A DNA stretch of 64,000 nucleotides from Acidimicrobiales bacterium (GCA_040414865.1 JBEDUR010000133.1:1104-65103); one strand, 5' to 3'. Counted from the first letter of the stretch, positions 32,362-42,213 are shown. Program-made: numbers and translations. The notes: generated from the letters alone by a model not told the origin.

Positions 32362-33648
32362 ATGCTCAGCAGACTCGGCAACATCTTCCGGGTACCGGAC
32401 CTGCGCAACAAGGTGGTGTTCACCTTGTTCATCATCGCCCTCTACCAGTTGGGGGCAAACGTCCCGGTGCCCGGGGTCAGCTTCTCCGCCGTCCAGCAGC
32501 TCCAGCACCAGGCCGGCTCCTCGGGCGTGCTCGGGTTCCTCAACCTGTTCTCGGGCGGCGCCCTCGTGCGGCTGGCCATCTTCGGTCTGGGCGTCATGCC
32601 CTACATCACCGCCTCGATCATCATCCAGCTGCTGACCACGGTGATCCCCAAGCTCGAGGAGTGGCGGGACCAGGGGGCGGTCGGCCAGAAGAAGATCACC
32701 CAGACGACCCGGTACCTGACCGTCGCCCTGGCACTGATGCAGTCGACCGGCCTGGTCTACGCCTTCCACGGACACGACCAGAGCCTGCTCGGCGTGTCCA
32801 TCGACCTCATCCCGAGGTTCAGCGTGCCCCTCGCCGCTTTCATGGTCCTGTGCCTGACGGCGGGGACCGCCTTCGTCATGTGGTTGGCCGAGCTCATCAC
32901 CCAGCGGGGCATCGGCCAGGGGATGTCAATCCTCATCTTCGCCAACGTGGTGGCCTCCATCCCCGCCGGGGGCAAGGCCATCTACCAGGAGGGCGGGGCA
33001 GGCAAGTTCATCACCATCCTGGCCGTCTCGATCATCCTGCTCGTCGTCATCGTCTTCATGGACCAGGGCCAGCGGCGGATACCGGTCACCTTCGCCAAGC
33101 GCGTGGTCGGGCGGCGCATGTACGGCGGGTCGAGCACCTACATCCCGCTCAAGGTGAACCAGTCGGGCGTGATCCCGATCATCTTCGCCAGCTCGGTTCT
33201 CTACATCCCGGTGCTGTTCTCCAACGTCATCCCCTGGCACGGGTTCCAGAATTTCGTCCGCACCAACATCCAGCCGACGGCCACGATCTACATCGGCCTG
33301 TACTTCCTCCTGATCCTGGCCTTCACCTTCTTCTACGTCTACGTCGCTTTCGACCCGCACCAGCAGGCCGACATCATCCGAAAGCAGGGCGGATTCGTGC
33401 CGGGGATCCGCCCCGGGCCCCCGACCGAGCGGTACTTCGCCCACATCCTGAGCCGGATCACCGTGGTCGGGGCGGCCTTCCTCGGGATCGTGGCGGTGGT
33501 CCCCTCCTTGCTCATGTCCCTATGGCACCTGAACGCGTTCCCCTTCTACGGCACGACGCTGCTCATCGCGGTCGGCGTGGCCCTGGAGACCATGCGCCAG
33601 ATCGACAGCCAGCTGATGATGCGGAACTACGAGGGCTTCCTCAAGTAG
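32362..33648 (+). CDS. secY: Preprotein translocase subunit SecY
   Basis: 428 aa, 10-TM pattern. LRNKVVFTLFIIALYQLGANVPVPGV...LFSGGAL...IFGLGVMPYITASII. Confidence 0.97.
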   Translation: MLSRLGNIFRVPDLRNKVVFTLFIIALYQLGANVPVPGVSFSAVQQLQHQAGSSGVLGFLNLFSGGALVRLAIFGLGVMPYITASIIIQLLTTVIPKLEEWRDQGAVGQKKITQTTRYLTVALALMQSTGLVYAFHGHDQSLLGVSIDLIPRFSVPLAAFMVLCLTAGTAFVMWLAELITQRGIGQGMSILIFANVVASIPAGGKAIYQEGGAGKFITILAVSIILLVVIVFMDQGQRRIPVTFAKRVVGRRMYGGSSTYIPLKVNQSGVIPIIFASSVLYIPVLFSNVIPWHGFQNFVRTNIQPTATIYIGLYFLLILAFTFFYVYVAFDPHQQADIIRKQGGFVPGIRPGPPTERYFAHILSRITVVGAAFLGIVAVVPSLLMSLWHLNAFPFYGTTLLIAVGVALETMRQIDSQLMMRNYEGFLK

Positions 33649-33652
33649 ACGC

Positions 33653-34342
33653 GTGGTCTCCGGCATCCGACTCGTGGTCCTCGGCAAGCAGGGGGCCGGC
33701 AAGGGAACCCAGGCGACGCGGCTCTCCCACCACTACGTGGTGCCGCAGGTCTCCACCGGTGACATGTTGCGGGCCGCGGTGAAGTCGCGCACCGACCTGG
33801 GCCGGCGGGCCCAGGAGCTGATGGACCAGGGCGAGCTGGTCCCCGACGAGCTCATCATGGAGATGGTGGGGGAGCGCCTGGCCCGGGCCGACGCCCGGTC
33901 CCGGGGGTTCGTCCTCGATGGGGCGCCCCGCACCCTGCCCCAGGCCAAGAGGCTCGACGAGATCCTGGCCCCCGGCACCCTGGACCTGGTCATCGACCTC
34001 GACGTGCCCACCCAGGTGGTCATGCGTCGCCTGGCCTCCCGTCGGGTGTGCGTGGACTGCGGGACCAACTACTCGGTGTCCCAGCCCCCGCTCATTCGGG
34101 GCATCTGCGACATCTGCGGTGGCGAGGTGATCCAACGGGAGGACGACACCGAGGACGCCATCCAGCGGCGCCTCGAGCTCTACCAGCGCCAGACCAAGCC
34201 CCTCCTCGACTTCTATACCCAGGCCAACCTGCTGGCGCGGGTGAGCGGCTCGGGTTCGCCCGACGTGGTGACCAATCGGGCCATTCGGGTCGTCGACGCT
34301 GCCTTGGCGGGCCGGGGCCGGCCGCCGTCGGCGGGGCTCTGA
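33653..34342 (+). CDS. adk: Adenylate kinase (zinc-lid type)
   Basis: GKQGAGKGTQA P-loop, LID with CVDCG...CDICGG. GTG start. Confidence 0.95.
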   Translation: MVSGIRLVVLGKQGAGKGTQATRLSHHYVVPQVSTGDMLRAAVKSRTDLGRRAQELMDQGELVPDELIMEMVGERLARADARSRGFVLDGAPRTLPQAKRLDEILAPGTLDLVIDLDVPTQVVMRRLASRRVCVDCGTNYSVSQPPLIRGICDICGGEVIQREDDTEDAIQRRLELYQRQTKPLLDFYTQANLLARVSGSGSPDVVTNRAIRVVDAALAGRGRPPSAGL

Positions 34343-35088
34343 TGCGACGCAATGCCGCCGAGCTGGCCAAGATGCGCCGGGCCGGCCGCGTCGTGGCCGA
34401 GATGCACGCGGTGGCTCGGGAGATCGCCAAGCCCGGGGTGACCACGGCCGAGATCGACGCCGCCGCCCGGGCGGTGCTCGAGCGCCGCGGAGCGAGGTCC
34501 AACTTCTTGCACTACGGGCATCCCCCTTTCCCGGCGGTGATCTGCACCTCGCGCAACGCCAAGATCGTCCACGGCATCCCCGGCGGAGAGGTCCTCGAGG
34601 ACGGCGACATCCTCTCGGTCGACTGTGGCGCGATCGTCGAGGGCTACCACGGGGACGCAGCCTTCACCATGGGCATCGGGCAAGTCTCGGCCGAGGCGAT
34701 GCGCCTGATCGAGGTGACCGAGGCATCGCTGTGGGCCGGCATCGAGCAGATGACCGCCGGCAACCGCCTGCACGAGATCGGCCGGGCCGTGCAGAAGCGG
34801 GCCGAGGCGGCCGGCTTCTCGGTGGTGCGCGAGTACGTCGGCCACGCCATCGGCACGGCCATGCACGAGCAGCCGCAGGTGCCCAACTACTGGCCGGGGA
34901 CCCCGGGGCCGACGCTCAAGTCGGGCATGGTCTACGCGGTGGAGCCGATGGTCAACGCCGGCGGGCCCGAGACCCGGCTGCTCGAGGACCAGTGGACGGT
35001 GGTGACCGCCGACGGCTCGCTCTCCGCCCATTTCGAGCACACGATCGCGGTGACCGCCGATGGGCCGGAGGTGTTCACGGTCCCCTGA
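34342..35088 (+). CDS. map: Type I methionine aminopeptidase
   Basis: ATG overlapping the adk stop. MRRNAAELAKMRRAGRVVAEMH...VCTSRNAKIVHGIP...SVDCGAIVEGYHGDAAFT...VGHAIGTAMHE...HFEHTI. Confidence 0.95.
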   Translation: MRRNAAELAKMRRAGRVVAEMHAVAREIAKPGVTTAEIDAAARAVLERRGARSNFLHYGHPPFPAVICTSRNAKIVHGIPGGEVLEDGDILSVDCGAIVEGYHGDAAFTMGIGQVSAEAMRLIEVTEASLWAGIEQMTAGNRLHEIGRAVQKRAEAAGFSVVREYVGHAIGTAMHEQPQVPNYWPGTPGPTLKSGMVYAVEPMVNAGGPETRLLEDQWTVVTADGSLSAHFEHTIAVTADGPEVFTVP

Positions 35089-35136
35089 TCCCGCCCCGGG
35101 CGGGCGGGGTCGGCCGCAGGGGGCCATACTCGGACG

Positions 35137-35913
35137 ATGGATGATCACGTCCGTTACGAGCTCGACGGCCACGTCGCTACCATCACCTACGACCGCCCCG
35201 AAGCACTCAACGCCGTCAACGCCGAGGTCCGCCGGGGACTGAACGATGCCTTCACCCGGTTCCGGGAGGAGGAGGAGGCCTGGGTGGCCATCGTGACCGG
35301 AGCCGGCCGGGCCTTCTGCGGCGGCGCCGACCTGCGCGGCGGCGGCGGGTCCACCGGCGAGTTCAAGGGGACCTTCTGGGAGAAGCCGACCGCCAACTCG
35401 TTCGAGAGCGGCTGGGAGATCTTCAAGCCGGTGATCGCCGCGGTCAACGGGCTGTGCCTCGGGTACGGGCTCACCTTGGTGACGTGGTGCGACTTCGTCA
35501 TCGCCAGTGACCGGGCCGAGTTCGGCTTCCCCGAGGTCCGGCTGGGCGTGCCGACGATCGTCGGCGCCATCCGCCTGCCCCAGCGGATCAACTGGCAGTA
35601 CGCGATGGAGCTCTTGCTCACCGGAGAGCGGATCAGCGCCGAACGTGCCCACGAGATCGGCTTGGTGGGCTGGGTGGTCGAGCACGATCGGTTGCTCGGC
35701 GAGGCCCGGGCCCTGGCCGACCGGCTCCTGGCGGCTGCACCGCTGGCTGCTCGGACGGTGAAAGAGATGGCGGTGCGATCCCGCTCCCTCGCCGACACCG
35801 AGGCCATCCGGTTCGGCGAGACCATGCGCAAGGTCACCGGCGCGACCGAGGACGCGCGGGAAGGCGGGCGCGCCTTCGCCGAGGGGCGGCCGCCGGAGTG
35901 GAAGGGACGCTGA
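35137..35913 (+). CDS. Enoyl-CoA hydratase/isomerase (crotonase) family protein
   Basis: 258 aa. VATITYDRPEALNAVN...VTGAGRAFCGGADL...AAVNGLCLGYGLTL... Confidence 0.85.
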   Translation: MDDHVRYELDGHVATITYDRPEALNAVNAEVRRGLNDAFTRFREEEEAWVAIVTGAGRAFCGGADLRGGGGSTGEFKGTFWEKPTANSFESGWEIFKPVIAAVNGLCLGYGLTLVTWCDFVIASDRAEFGFPEVRLGVPTIVGAIRLPQRINWQYAMELLLTGERISAERAHEIGLVGWVVEHDRLLGEARALADRLLAAAPLAARTVKEMAVRSRSLADTEAIRFGETMRKVTGATEDAREGGRAFAEGRPPEWKGR

Positions 35914-35920
35914 GGATCGC

Positions 35921-36826
35921 TTAGAGGCCGAGCGACAGACCGAGACTGCCTTCGAAGTAGCCCACCGAGGCGGCCTCGTAGGCGAAGGGGAAGTCGGCCC
36001 CGGTCTGCTCGGCCAACCGGTGGGCCCGCGGCAGGAAGGCCCGGGCGAGGGCGACGTAGCCGTCGATGACCGAGTCGATGGTCGCCTCGAGTGGTGGAAG
36101 CGACGTCAGCAGGGCCAGCTGTTCCTCGGTGAGGTACCCGCGCAGCCGCTTGGTGAACGGGAACGGGTTGCCGGCGATGTGCTCGGTGGTGGTGGTCCAG
36201 CCCTGCTCGGCCAGCAGCAGCCCGACCAGATCGATGTCCCGGACCACGATGACCCCGTTGGAGCCGGGGATGACCTCGTCCCGGCCGACCACCGAGACCA
36301 TGTTGCCCAGCATGTACAAGAAGTGCTCCACCCGGGCCAGCGGGAAGAACGGGTCCTGCCTGCGGCTCGGCCGGGGCACCGGAGCATCGGGCAGGATCCC
36401 GGCTTTGTCGACCAACGGGATCATGCCCTCGACTCGCCCCGGGTCGACGTCGGCGGCAGGGTGAAAGACGACGTCGAAGTGCAGCCACTCCGGGGTGATG
36501 CACACCCCCCCGATCCCGAAGCCGAACGGCTGGACGTGGGCGAGCGGAGCGATGGCGTCGACGACCCTCCTCCAGCCGGCCCGGAGGTCGTCCACTGCGG
36601 CGTCGTCGACGACGCACTGCAGATCGACGTCGCTCCAGGGGTCACCGGTCCCGAGCGCGAATCCGCCGACCAGGTAGGCCGCCAGGATGCGCGGGTCGGT
36701 GGCGAAGACCTCGGTGGCCCGGGCGATCAGCCGCTCCTGCGGCGCCGTCGTCGCCCGGCCGATCCCCGTGAGCGGGTACCGAGCATCGTCGTCCTGTTGC
36801 TCAAGCCCCAAGCGTCGGCCGGCCAC
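35921..36826 (-). CDS. Pol-beta-superfamily nucleotidyltransferase domain protein (ANT-like architecture)
   Basis: 301-aa ORF. AAYLVGGFALGTGDPWSDVDLQCVVDD matches the G[SG]-x(9-11)-DxD nucleotidyltransferase motif, followed by a helical domain of about 180 aa. Substrate unknown. Confidence 0.6.
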   Translation of the reverse strand: MAGRRLGLEQQDDDARYPLTGIGRATTAPQERLIARATEVFATDPRILAAYLVGGFALGTGDPWSDVDLQCVVDDAAVDDLRAGWRRVVDAIAPLAHVQPFGFGIGGVCITPEWLHFDVVFHPAADVDPGRVEGMIPLVDKAGILPDAPVPRPSRRQDPFFPLARVEHFLYMLGNMVSVVGRDEVIPGSNGVIVVRDIDLVGLLLAEQGWTTTTEHIAGNPFPFTKRLRGYLTEEQLALLTSLPPLEATIDSVIDGYVALARAFLPRAHRLAEQTGADFPFAYEAASVGYFEGSLGLSLGL

Positions 36827-36910
36827 TCTCGTCGTTCTATCCAGAAGCCGGCGAGGGCGTCGAATCGCGGACGCCGGCAGCGGGTCGCCGTGCGCCGGTT
36901 GGATCGCCCG

Positions 36911-36950
36911 GCCTGAGCCGGCCCCCAGGGGGGTGAGGACCGGCTCAGGC
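36911..36950 (-). terminator. Hairpin overlapping the MFS gene stop codon (possible terminator)
   Basis: Perfect 11-bp inverted repeat GCCTGAGCCGG (36911-36921) / CCGGCTCAGGC (36940-36950). The MFS stop (complement of 36945-36947) lies inside the stem. No U tract. Confidence 0.35.
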
Positions 36951-38681
36951 TGACCGGGCGAGCTTCTCCAGCTCTCCCCGGACGAGGAGCTCGTGCTGCT
37001 GGGCGTCCTGGTGGGCCCGTCTTGGTCGCCAACGCCCGGCCATGACGAAGATGAGCGGCACGAAGATCACCTCGCCGCCGACGCACACCCACCACCAGTT
37101 TCGCCACTGCCCAGGAGTCTGTTGTTTGGCCGCCAACACGGCCGGGCCGTGCTCCTCGAGGAACTGGAACTGTGGCTCGTTCGTTGCGGTCTTCAAGGCG
37201 TCCAGACGGGCGATGGCGTCGGTCGACGAGACCCCGAGCTTGGCCGAGACCTCGCTGGCGGCCTTGAGCCCGGCGGACACGTCGTTGGGGTTGGCGGTGA
37301 GCTGATCGCGGGTGGCCGGGTCGATGGCTGCGAGCGTGGTCAACTCGGACGCGTACTTCGTCTGGTAGATCCCGACCTGCGTTCCGTAGTCGACGAGCGG
37401 GGTCATGGAGCTGACCACGAACGGGAGGACGAAGATCGAGATGGCGACGACCGCCCGAACGATCCAGCCCCACACGGCCAGCCCGGTGGCGGTCAGCGCC
37501 GGGTTCCTCCGCTCCACGGTCTCGGTGAAGCTGGCCATCCAGGGGGCATAGGTGATGCCCAAGAACACGGCCAGCATCGAGATGATCAGCGCGAACGTCC
37601 CGTAGCTGGTGTGGGGGTCGCTGGTGCGCAGGAGAAACGCGATGGTGAAGGCGATGGCGCCGAGCGCTCCGACCACCATGAACGGCTTGCGCACCCCAGC
37701 CAGGTCAGAGAGCACCCCGATCACGATCAGGGCGCCGGCGTCGAAGGCCCAGAACCAGTTCCCGATGCCGTTGGCCTGGGCGAGGGTGAACCCGAAGATC
37801 GAAGTGAAGTAGATCGTGAAGAAGGCGACCGCGGTGTAGTAGATGATCAGGAACACGGCGATGGCGAAGCCCGACGCGACGATGTCGGTCTTCAGCATCT
37901 GGCGCCACGGGTGGACGAGGGCCCGGGCCGGGTTGATCCCGTGCGCCCGGGCCTCGATGAGCGCCCGGTCCTTCAAGCTCACCATGAGCTGCCCCCGCAG
38001 CTGGGGGGACAGCTCGCGCAGGCCGACGAGGGCGATCACGAAGATGCCCAGACCGGCCAGACCACAGATGACGAACTGGTCCTGCCACGCGTGCAGGTGG
38101 GTCAGGGTGTGGCTCGAAACCTCGGACACCAGCAGGCTTCCGATCACCGGTCCGAGAGTCCAGAACCCCATGGCCGATGCCCGGCCGAGCTGCGGGCTGA
38201 AGTCCCGCACGAGGGCAGGGGTCCCCACCAGGATGATGCCCTCGACGAAACCGACCGCGGCCACCAGTGCCCCGAAGGCGAACGCGCTGGGCGCGTTGGG
38301 GATGCCGAACAGCACGAGCAGGCCGACCACCCCGAGCCCGTAGGTGACCATGTTGGCCCGGCCCCATCGGTCGCCGAGGCCGGCCAGGATCGAGGCAAAA
38401 GCGCCGACGGCGTTGGACACCACCGTGATGTTCACGTAGTAGCGGAAGCTCATGTGGAAGTGGGCCAGGATGGCGGGGGCCACCGCTCCGGCTACGTAGA
38501 GCTGGTAGTAGAGGAGGATCGTGCTGACGACCACGATCCCGAGGAACAGGATCCGGGGCCCGGTCCGCGGATAGTGGTCCAGCTGCCGGTACCACAGGGG
38601 TCGCAGCACCCTCAGGGCGCCCCGCCGGCGCCCGGCGGGAGCGGTCCCGATCTCCCGGCCGGGGGTCTCCACCGTCGCCAC
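36945..38681 (-). CDS. MFS transporter (578 aa) with an extended C-terminal region
   Basis: Repeated hydrophobic helices throughout, and an MFS-like loop GDRWGRANMVTYG between TM2 and TM3. After a soluble-looking helical segment there is a final TM (WWWVCVGGEVIFVPLIFVMAG). Confidence 0.75.
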   Translation of the reverse strand: MATVETPGREIGTAPAGRRRGALRVLRPLWYRQLDHYPRTGPRILFLGIVVVSTILLYYQLYVAGAVAPAILAHFHMSFRYYVNITVVSNAVGAFASILAGLGDRWGRANMVTYGLGVVGLLVLFGIPNAPSAFAFGALVAAVGFVEGIILVGTPALVRDFSPQLGRASAMGFWTLGPVIGSLLVSEVSSHTLTHLHAWQDQFVICGLAGLGIFVIALVGLRELSPQLRGQLMVSLKDRALIEARAHGINPARALVHPWRQMLKTDIVASGFAIAVFLIIYYTAVAFFTIYFTSIFGFTLAQANGIGNWFWAFDAGALIVIGVLSDLAGVRKPFMVVGALGAIAFTIAFLLRTSDPHTSYGTFALIISMLAVFLGITYAPWMASFTETVERRNPALTATGLAVWGWIVRAVVAISIFVLPFVVSSMTPLVDYGTQVGIYQTKYASELTTLAAIDPATRDQLTANPNDVSAGLKAASEVSAKLGVSSTDAIARLDALKTATNEPQFQFLEEHGPAVLAAKQQTPGQWRNWWWVCVGGEVIFVPLIFVMAGRWRPRRAHQDAQQHELLVRGELEKLARSA

Positions 38682-38906
38682 GTCCGGCCGGCCGGGGCTC
38701 GAGCGGGTGAGATCGTGGGGCAGGGGATGCGGTGTCGATTCCGTAGATCCACGCTAATTGGCCCCTTTACGTTGACGACCGCTGCGCCGGCCAGGGCGTT
38801 CGCGTATCCGGGGCTCGTATGTGAGCGTTGCCCGAGGGGGTGGGCACCCCGTTCCCTCTCGCGATTCGCGTTTCCCGGCAGAGCGGATTCCACCCATGCG
38901 CCGAGT

Positions 38907-38935
38907 GTGGCAACTGGGCGCTTCTGCGCTAAAAT
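38907..38935 (+). promoter_or_regulatory. Candidate promoter for the infA-rpmJ-rpsM... operon
   Basis: GTGGCA (38907-38912), 17-nt spacer, TAAAAT (38930-38935), about 115 nt upstream of infA. Confidence 0.35.
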
Positions 38936-39051
38936 CTCAGGTCGGTCCGTCGCGCCCCGGGGCTTCCCGAGGTTTCGGCGCCGCCACCCACCGCCGACCC
39001 TGCGGGCTCCTGCTCCGCCGTGCCGGACCCTGGGAGCCAGAGGAGAGACAC

Positions 39052-39276
39052 CTGCCCAACGCCAACGACGACGCCATCGTGCTCGACGGCACTGTGGTGG
39101 AGCCCCTGCCCAACGCCATGTTCAGGGTCGAGCTCGAGAACGGGCACAAGGTGCTGGCCCACAGCTCCGGGCGGATGCGGATGCACCGGATCCGGATCCT
39201 GCCCGGCGACAAGGTTCAGGTGGAGATCACGCCGTACGACCTGAGTCGTGGGCGGATCACCTACCGCTACAAGTAG
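39052..39276 (+). CDS. infA: Translation initiation factor IF-1
   Basis: ...[69 protein letters not shown] is unmistakable IF-1. The start is uncertain: the only codon at the family-consistent position, 6 nt after AGGAG, is CTG at 39052. The next canonical in-frame start is GTG at 39079. Confidence 0.85.
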   Translation: MPNANDDAIVLDGTVVEPLPNAMFRVELENGHKVLAHSSGRMRMHRIRILPGDKVQVEITPYDLSRGRITYRYK

Positions 39277-39310
39277 CCACCACGGTGGCCAAGACAATGA
39301 AGGACAAGAC

Positions 39311-39424
39311 GTGAAGGTCCGACCGAGCGTCAAGCGGATCTGTGAGAAGTGCAAAGTCATCCGGCGCCATGGCCGGGTGGTGGTCATCTGCGACAACCCG
39401 CGGCACAAGCAGCGTCAGGGCTGA
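39311..39424 (+). CDS. rpmJ: 50S ribosomal protein L36 (zinc-binding form)
   Basis: 37 aa, below the ORF-track cutoff: [37 protein letters not shown]. Confidence 0.93.
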   Translation: MKVRPSVKRICEKCKVIRRHGRVVVICDNPRHKQRQG

Positions 39425-39443
39425 GAGAGAGGCTGGGAGAAGC

Positions 39444-39821
39444 GTGGCTCGAATCGCCGGAGTGGACATCCCAAGAGAGAAGCGGGTCGAGGTCGCCCTC
39501 ACCTACATCTACGGCATCGGCGACACCCTCGCCAAGCAGGTGCTCACGTCGACCGACGTGGATCCCAACACCCGGGTCCGGGAGCTGACCGACGAAGAGG
39601 TGACCCGGCTCCGCAACTACATCGACAACAGCCTGCGGGTCGAAGGGGACCTGCGCCGCGACGTCGCCCAGGACGTCAAGCGCAAGCAAGAGATCAACTG
39701 CTACCAGGGCATCCGCCACCGGCGTGGCCTCCCGGTGCACGGCCAGCGCACCCACACCAACGCCCGCACGCGCAAGGGGCCCAAGAAGACCGTCGCCGGC
39801 AAGAAGAAGGTGCGCAAGTAG
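39444..39821 (+). CDS. rpsM: 30S ribosomal protein S13
   Basis: GTG giving [26 protein letters not shown]...; 125 aa. Confidence 0.95.
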   Translation: MARIAGVDIPREKRVEVALTYIYGIGDTLAKQVLTSTDVDPNTRVRELTDEEVTRLRNYIDNSLRVEGDLRRDVAQDVKRKQEINCYQGIRHRRGLPVHGQRTHTNARTRKGPKKTVAGKKKVRK

Positions 39822-40226
39822 ATGCCCCCCCGCACGAGCAAGCAGCAGGGTCGTCGCCCGCGGCGCCGCGAGCGCAAGAACATCGCCTACGGCGTGGCCC
39901 ACATCAAGAGCTCGTTCAACAACACGGTGGTCACCATCGCCGACCCCGAGGGGAACGTGCTTGCGTGGGCCTCGGCCGGCAACGTCGGCTTCAAGGGGTC
40001 GCGCAAGTCGACCCCGTTCGCCGCGCAGCTGGCCGCCGAGGCCTGCGCCCGGCGCGCCATGGAGCACGGCGTGCGCAAGGTCGATGTCCTCGTGCGCGGT
40101 CCCGGCTCGGGCCGAGAGACCGCCATCCGCTCGCTGGCCGCGACCGGGATCGAGGTGGTCGGGATCAAGGACGTCACCCCCATTCCCCACAACGGCTGCC
40201 GGCCGAAGAAGCGCCGGCGGGTCTGA
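39822..40226 (+). CDS. rpsK: 30S ribosomal protein S11
   Basis: 134 aa. [44 protein letters not shown]. Confidence 0.96.
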   Translation: MPPRTSKQQGRRPRRRERKNIAYGVAHIKSSFNNTVVTIADPEGNVLAWASAGNVGFKGSRKSTPFAAQLAAEACARRAMEHGVRKVDVLVRGPGSGRETAIRSLAATGIEVVGIKDVTPIPHNGCRPKKRRRV

Positions 40227-40242
40227 GGGGGGAGGACCGAGC

Positions 40243-40890
40243 ATGGCCCGATACACAGGTCCGGTGTGCCGGCTCTGCCGGCGTGAGCGCACCAAGCTGT
40301 TCTTGAAGGGGGAGCGGTGCTACTCCCTCAAGTGCCCGGTGTCCGAGGCGGTCACCGACCGGCACAGCCGTGCCTACCCCCCGGGGGAGCACGGCCGGGA
40401 CCGGATGCGGCAGGGCTCCGAGTACCTGAACCAGCTGCGGGAGAAGCAGAAGGCCCGGCGCATCTACGGCGTCTTGGAGAAGCAGTTCCGCAACCTCTAC
40501 GAGGAGGCCAACCGGGAGTCGGGGATCACCGGCGAGAACCTGCTCCGGATGCTCGAGATGCGGCTCGACAACGTGGTCTTCCGGGCCGGGTGGGGGGCGA
40601 GCCGGGCCCAGGCCAGGCAGTTCGTCCGTCACGGCCATGTCCGGGTGAACGGCCGCCGGGTGACCATCCCGAGCTACCGGGTTCGCAAGGGGGACGTGGT
40701 CACCCTGAAGGAGTCGTCTCGCCAGATGTTCGCGGTGCGCAGGAACATGGACACCCTTGACCGGCAACGCCCGCCCTGGCTCGAGGCGGCCGACGCCGGC
40801 TTCGCCGTCTCGGTGCTGAACCCGCCGCTGCGGGAGCACATCGACGAGCCGGTCCACGAGCAACTCATCGTCGAGCTCTACTCGAAGTAA
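40243..40890 (+). CDS. rpsD: 30S ribosomal protein S4
   Basis: ATG after GGAGGA giving [26 protein letters not shown]...; 215 aa. Confidence 0.95.
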   Translation: MARYTGPVCRLCRRERTKLFLKGERCYSLKCPVSEAVTDRHSRAYPPGEHGRDRMRQGSEYLNQLREKQKARRIYGVLEKQFRNLYEEANRESGITGENLLRMLEMRLDNVVFRAGWGASRAQARQFVRHGHVRVNGRRVTIPSYRVRKGDVVTLKESSRQMFAVRRNMDTLDRQRPPWLEAADAGFAVSVLNPPLREHIDEPVHEQLIVELYSK

Positions 40891-40913
40891 GAACCACCTG
40901 AGGAGCCTGATCC

Positions 40914-41852
40914 ATGCTCATCATCCAGCGACCCACCGTCGAAGCCCTCGGCGAGGAGGAGAACCACACACAGCGCTTCGCCATGGGCCCGCTCGACCCC
41001 GGTTTCGGACACACGCTCGGGAACTCGCTGCGGCGCACCCTGCTGTCCTCCATCCCGGGCGCAGCCGTCACCCAGGTGCGCTTCGACGAGGCCCTCCATG
41101 AATTCACCACCTTGAGCGGGATCAAGGAGGACGTCACCGACATCATCCTCAACCTGAAGGACCTCCTGGTCCGGACCGACGATGAAGAACCGGTGACCAT
41201 GCGGATCGACAAGCGGGGGCCGGGCGAGGCCACCGCCGCGGACATCCAGGCCCGTACCGGGGTGGAGATCCTGAACCCCGAGCTGCACCTGGCCGACCTC
41301 AACCAGCGGGGCCGGCTGGCCCTCGACGTCACGATCGAGCGGGGGCGGGGCTACGTGTCGGCCGACCGCAACAAGCGCTCCTCGACCATCGGGGTCATCC
41401 CGGTCGACTCCATCTTCTCGCCGGTACGGCGGGTCACCTTCGACATCGAGCCGGTCCGGGTCGAGCAGTCCACCGACTTCGACCGCCTGGTGCTCGAGAT
41501 CGAGACCGACGGCACCATCAGCCCGCGCGAGGCCCTGGCGTCGGCCGGCGACACCCTGCGCACTCTGGTCTCGCTGGTCGCCGAGCTGGAAGACGCTCCT
41601 CGGGGGCTCGAGCTCGGCGAGACCGGGACCCTGTCCAGCGGTTCCCCCGACCTCGACCTGCGCATCGAGGAGCTCGACCTCTCGGAGCGCCCGCGCAACT
41701 GCCTGAAGCGGGCCCAGATCAACACCATCGGCGAGCTCGTCTCCCGGACCTACGACGATCTGCTCGGCATCACCAACTTCGGCCAGAAGTCGCTCGACGA
41801 GGTCGTTCAGCGCCTCGACGAGCGAGGCCTGTCGCTGCGTACGAAGGACTAG
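40914..41852 (+). CDS. rpoA: DNA-directed RNA polymerase subunit alpha
   Basis: 312 aa. GPLDPGFGHTLGNSLRRTLLSSIPGAAVT; C-terminal domain LDLSERPRNCLKRAQINTIGELV. Confidence 0.97.
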   Translation: MLIIQRPTVEALGEEENHTQRFAMGPLDPGFGHTLGNSLRRTLLSSIPGAAVTQVRFDEALHEFTTLSGIKEDVTDIILNLKDLLVRTDDEEPVTMRIDKRGPGEATAADIQARTGVEILNPELHLADLNQRGRLALDVTIERGRGYVSADRNKRSSTIGVIPVDSIFSPVRRVTFDIEPVRVEQSTDFDRLVLEIETDGTISPREALASAGDTLRTLVSLVAELEDAPRGLELGETGTLSSGSPDLDLRIEELDLSERPRNCLKRAQINTIGELVSRTYDDLLGITNFGQKSLDEVVQRLDERGLSLRTKD

Positions 41853-41856
41853 GCCG

Positions 41857-42210
41857 GTGCGTGGAACGCCGAGGCGAGGTCGCCGGCTGGGTGGCGACGC
41901 CGCTCACGAGAAGGCCATGCTCGGCAACCTGGTCGCCTCGCTCATCGCAGCCGAGGCCCTGGTCACCACCGAGGCCAAGGCCAAAGCGATGCGGCCGGTC
42001 GCCGAGAAGTGCGTCACCGCCGCCCGCAAGGGCGGGGTGCATCAGCACCGGCGGGTGGTCGCCCTCCTCCGGGACAAGGACATGGCTCACAAGCTGTTCC
42101 AGGAGATCGGGCCCCGCTATGTCGACCGGCCAGGCGGCTACACCCGGATCCTCAAGCTCGGCCCGCGTCCCGGGGACAACGCGCCGATGGCGCGCATCGA
42201 GTTCGTCTAG
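41857..42210 (+). CDS. rplQ: 50S ribosomal protein L17
   Basis: 117 aa. GRRLGGDAAHEKAMLGNLVASLIAAEALVTTEAKAKAMRPVAEK. Confidence 0.95.
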   Translation: MRGTPRRGRRLGGDAAHEKAMLGNLVASLIAAEALVTTEAKAKAMRPVAEKCVTAARKGGVHQHRRVVALLRDKDMAHKLFQEIGPRYVDRPGGYTRILKLGPRPGDNAPMARIEFV

Positions 42211-42213
42211 GCC

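Noticed and set aside
36993-39314. 773-aa ORF antisense to the MFS transporter, running into the infA region
   Set aside because: It has the composition of a shadow ORF (His/Asp/Gly/Arg-rich). The opposite strand encodes a convincing polytopic membrane protein.
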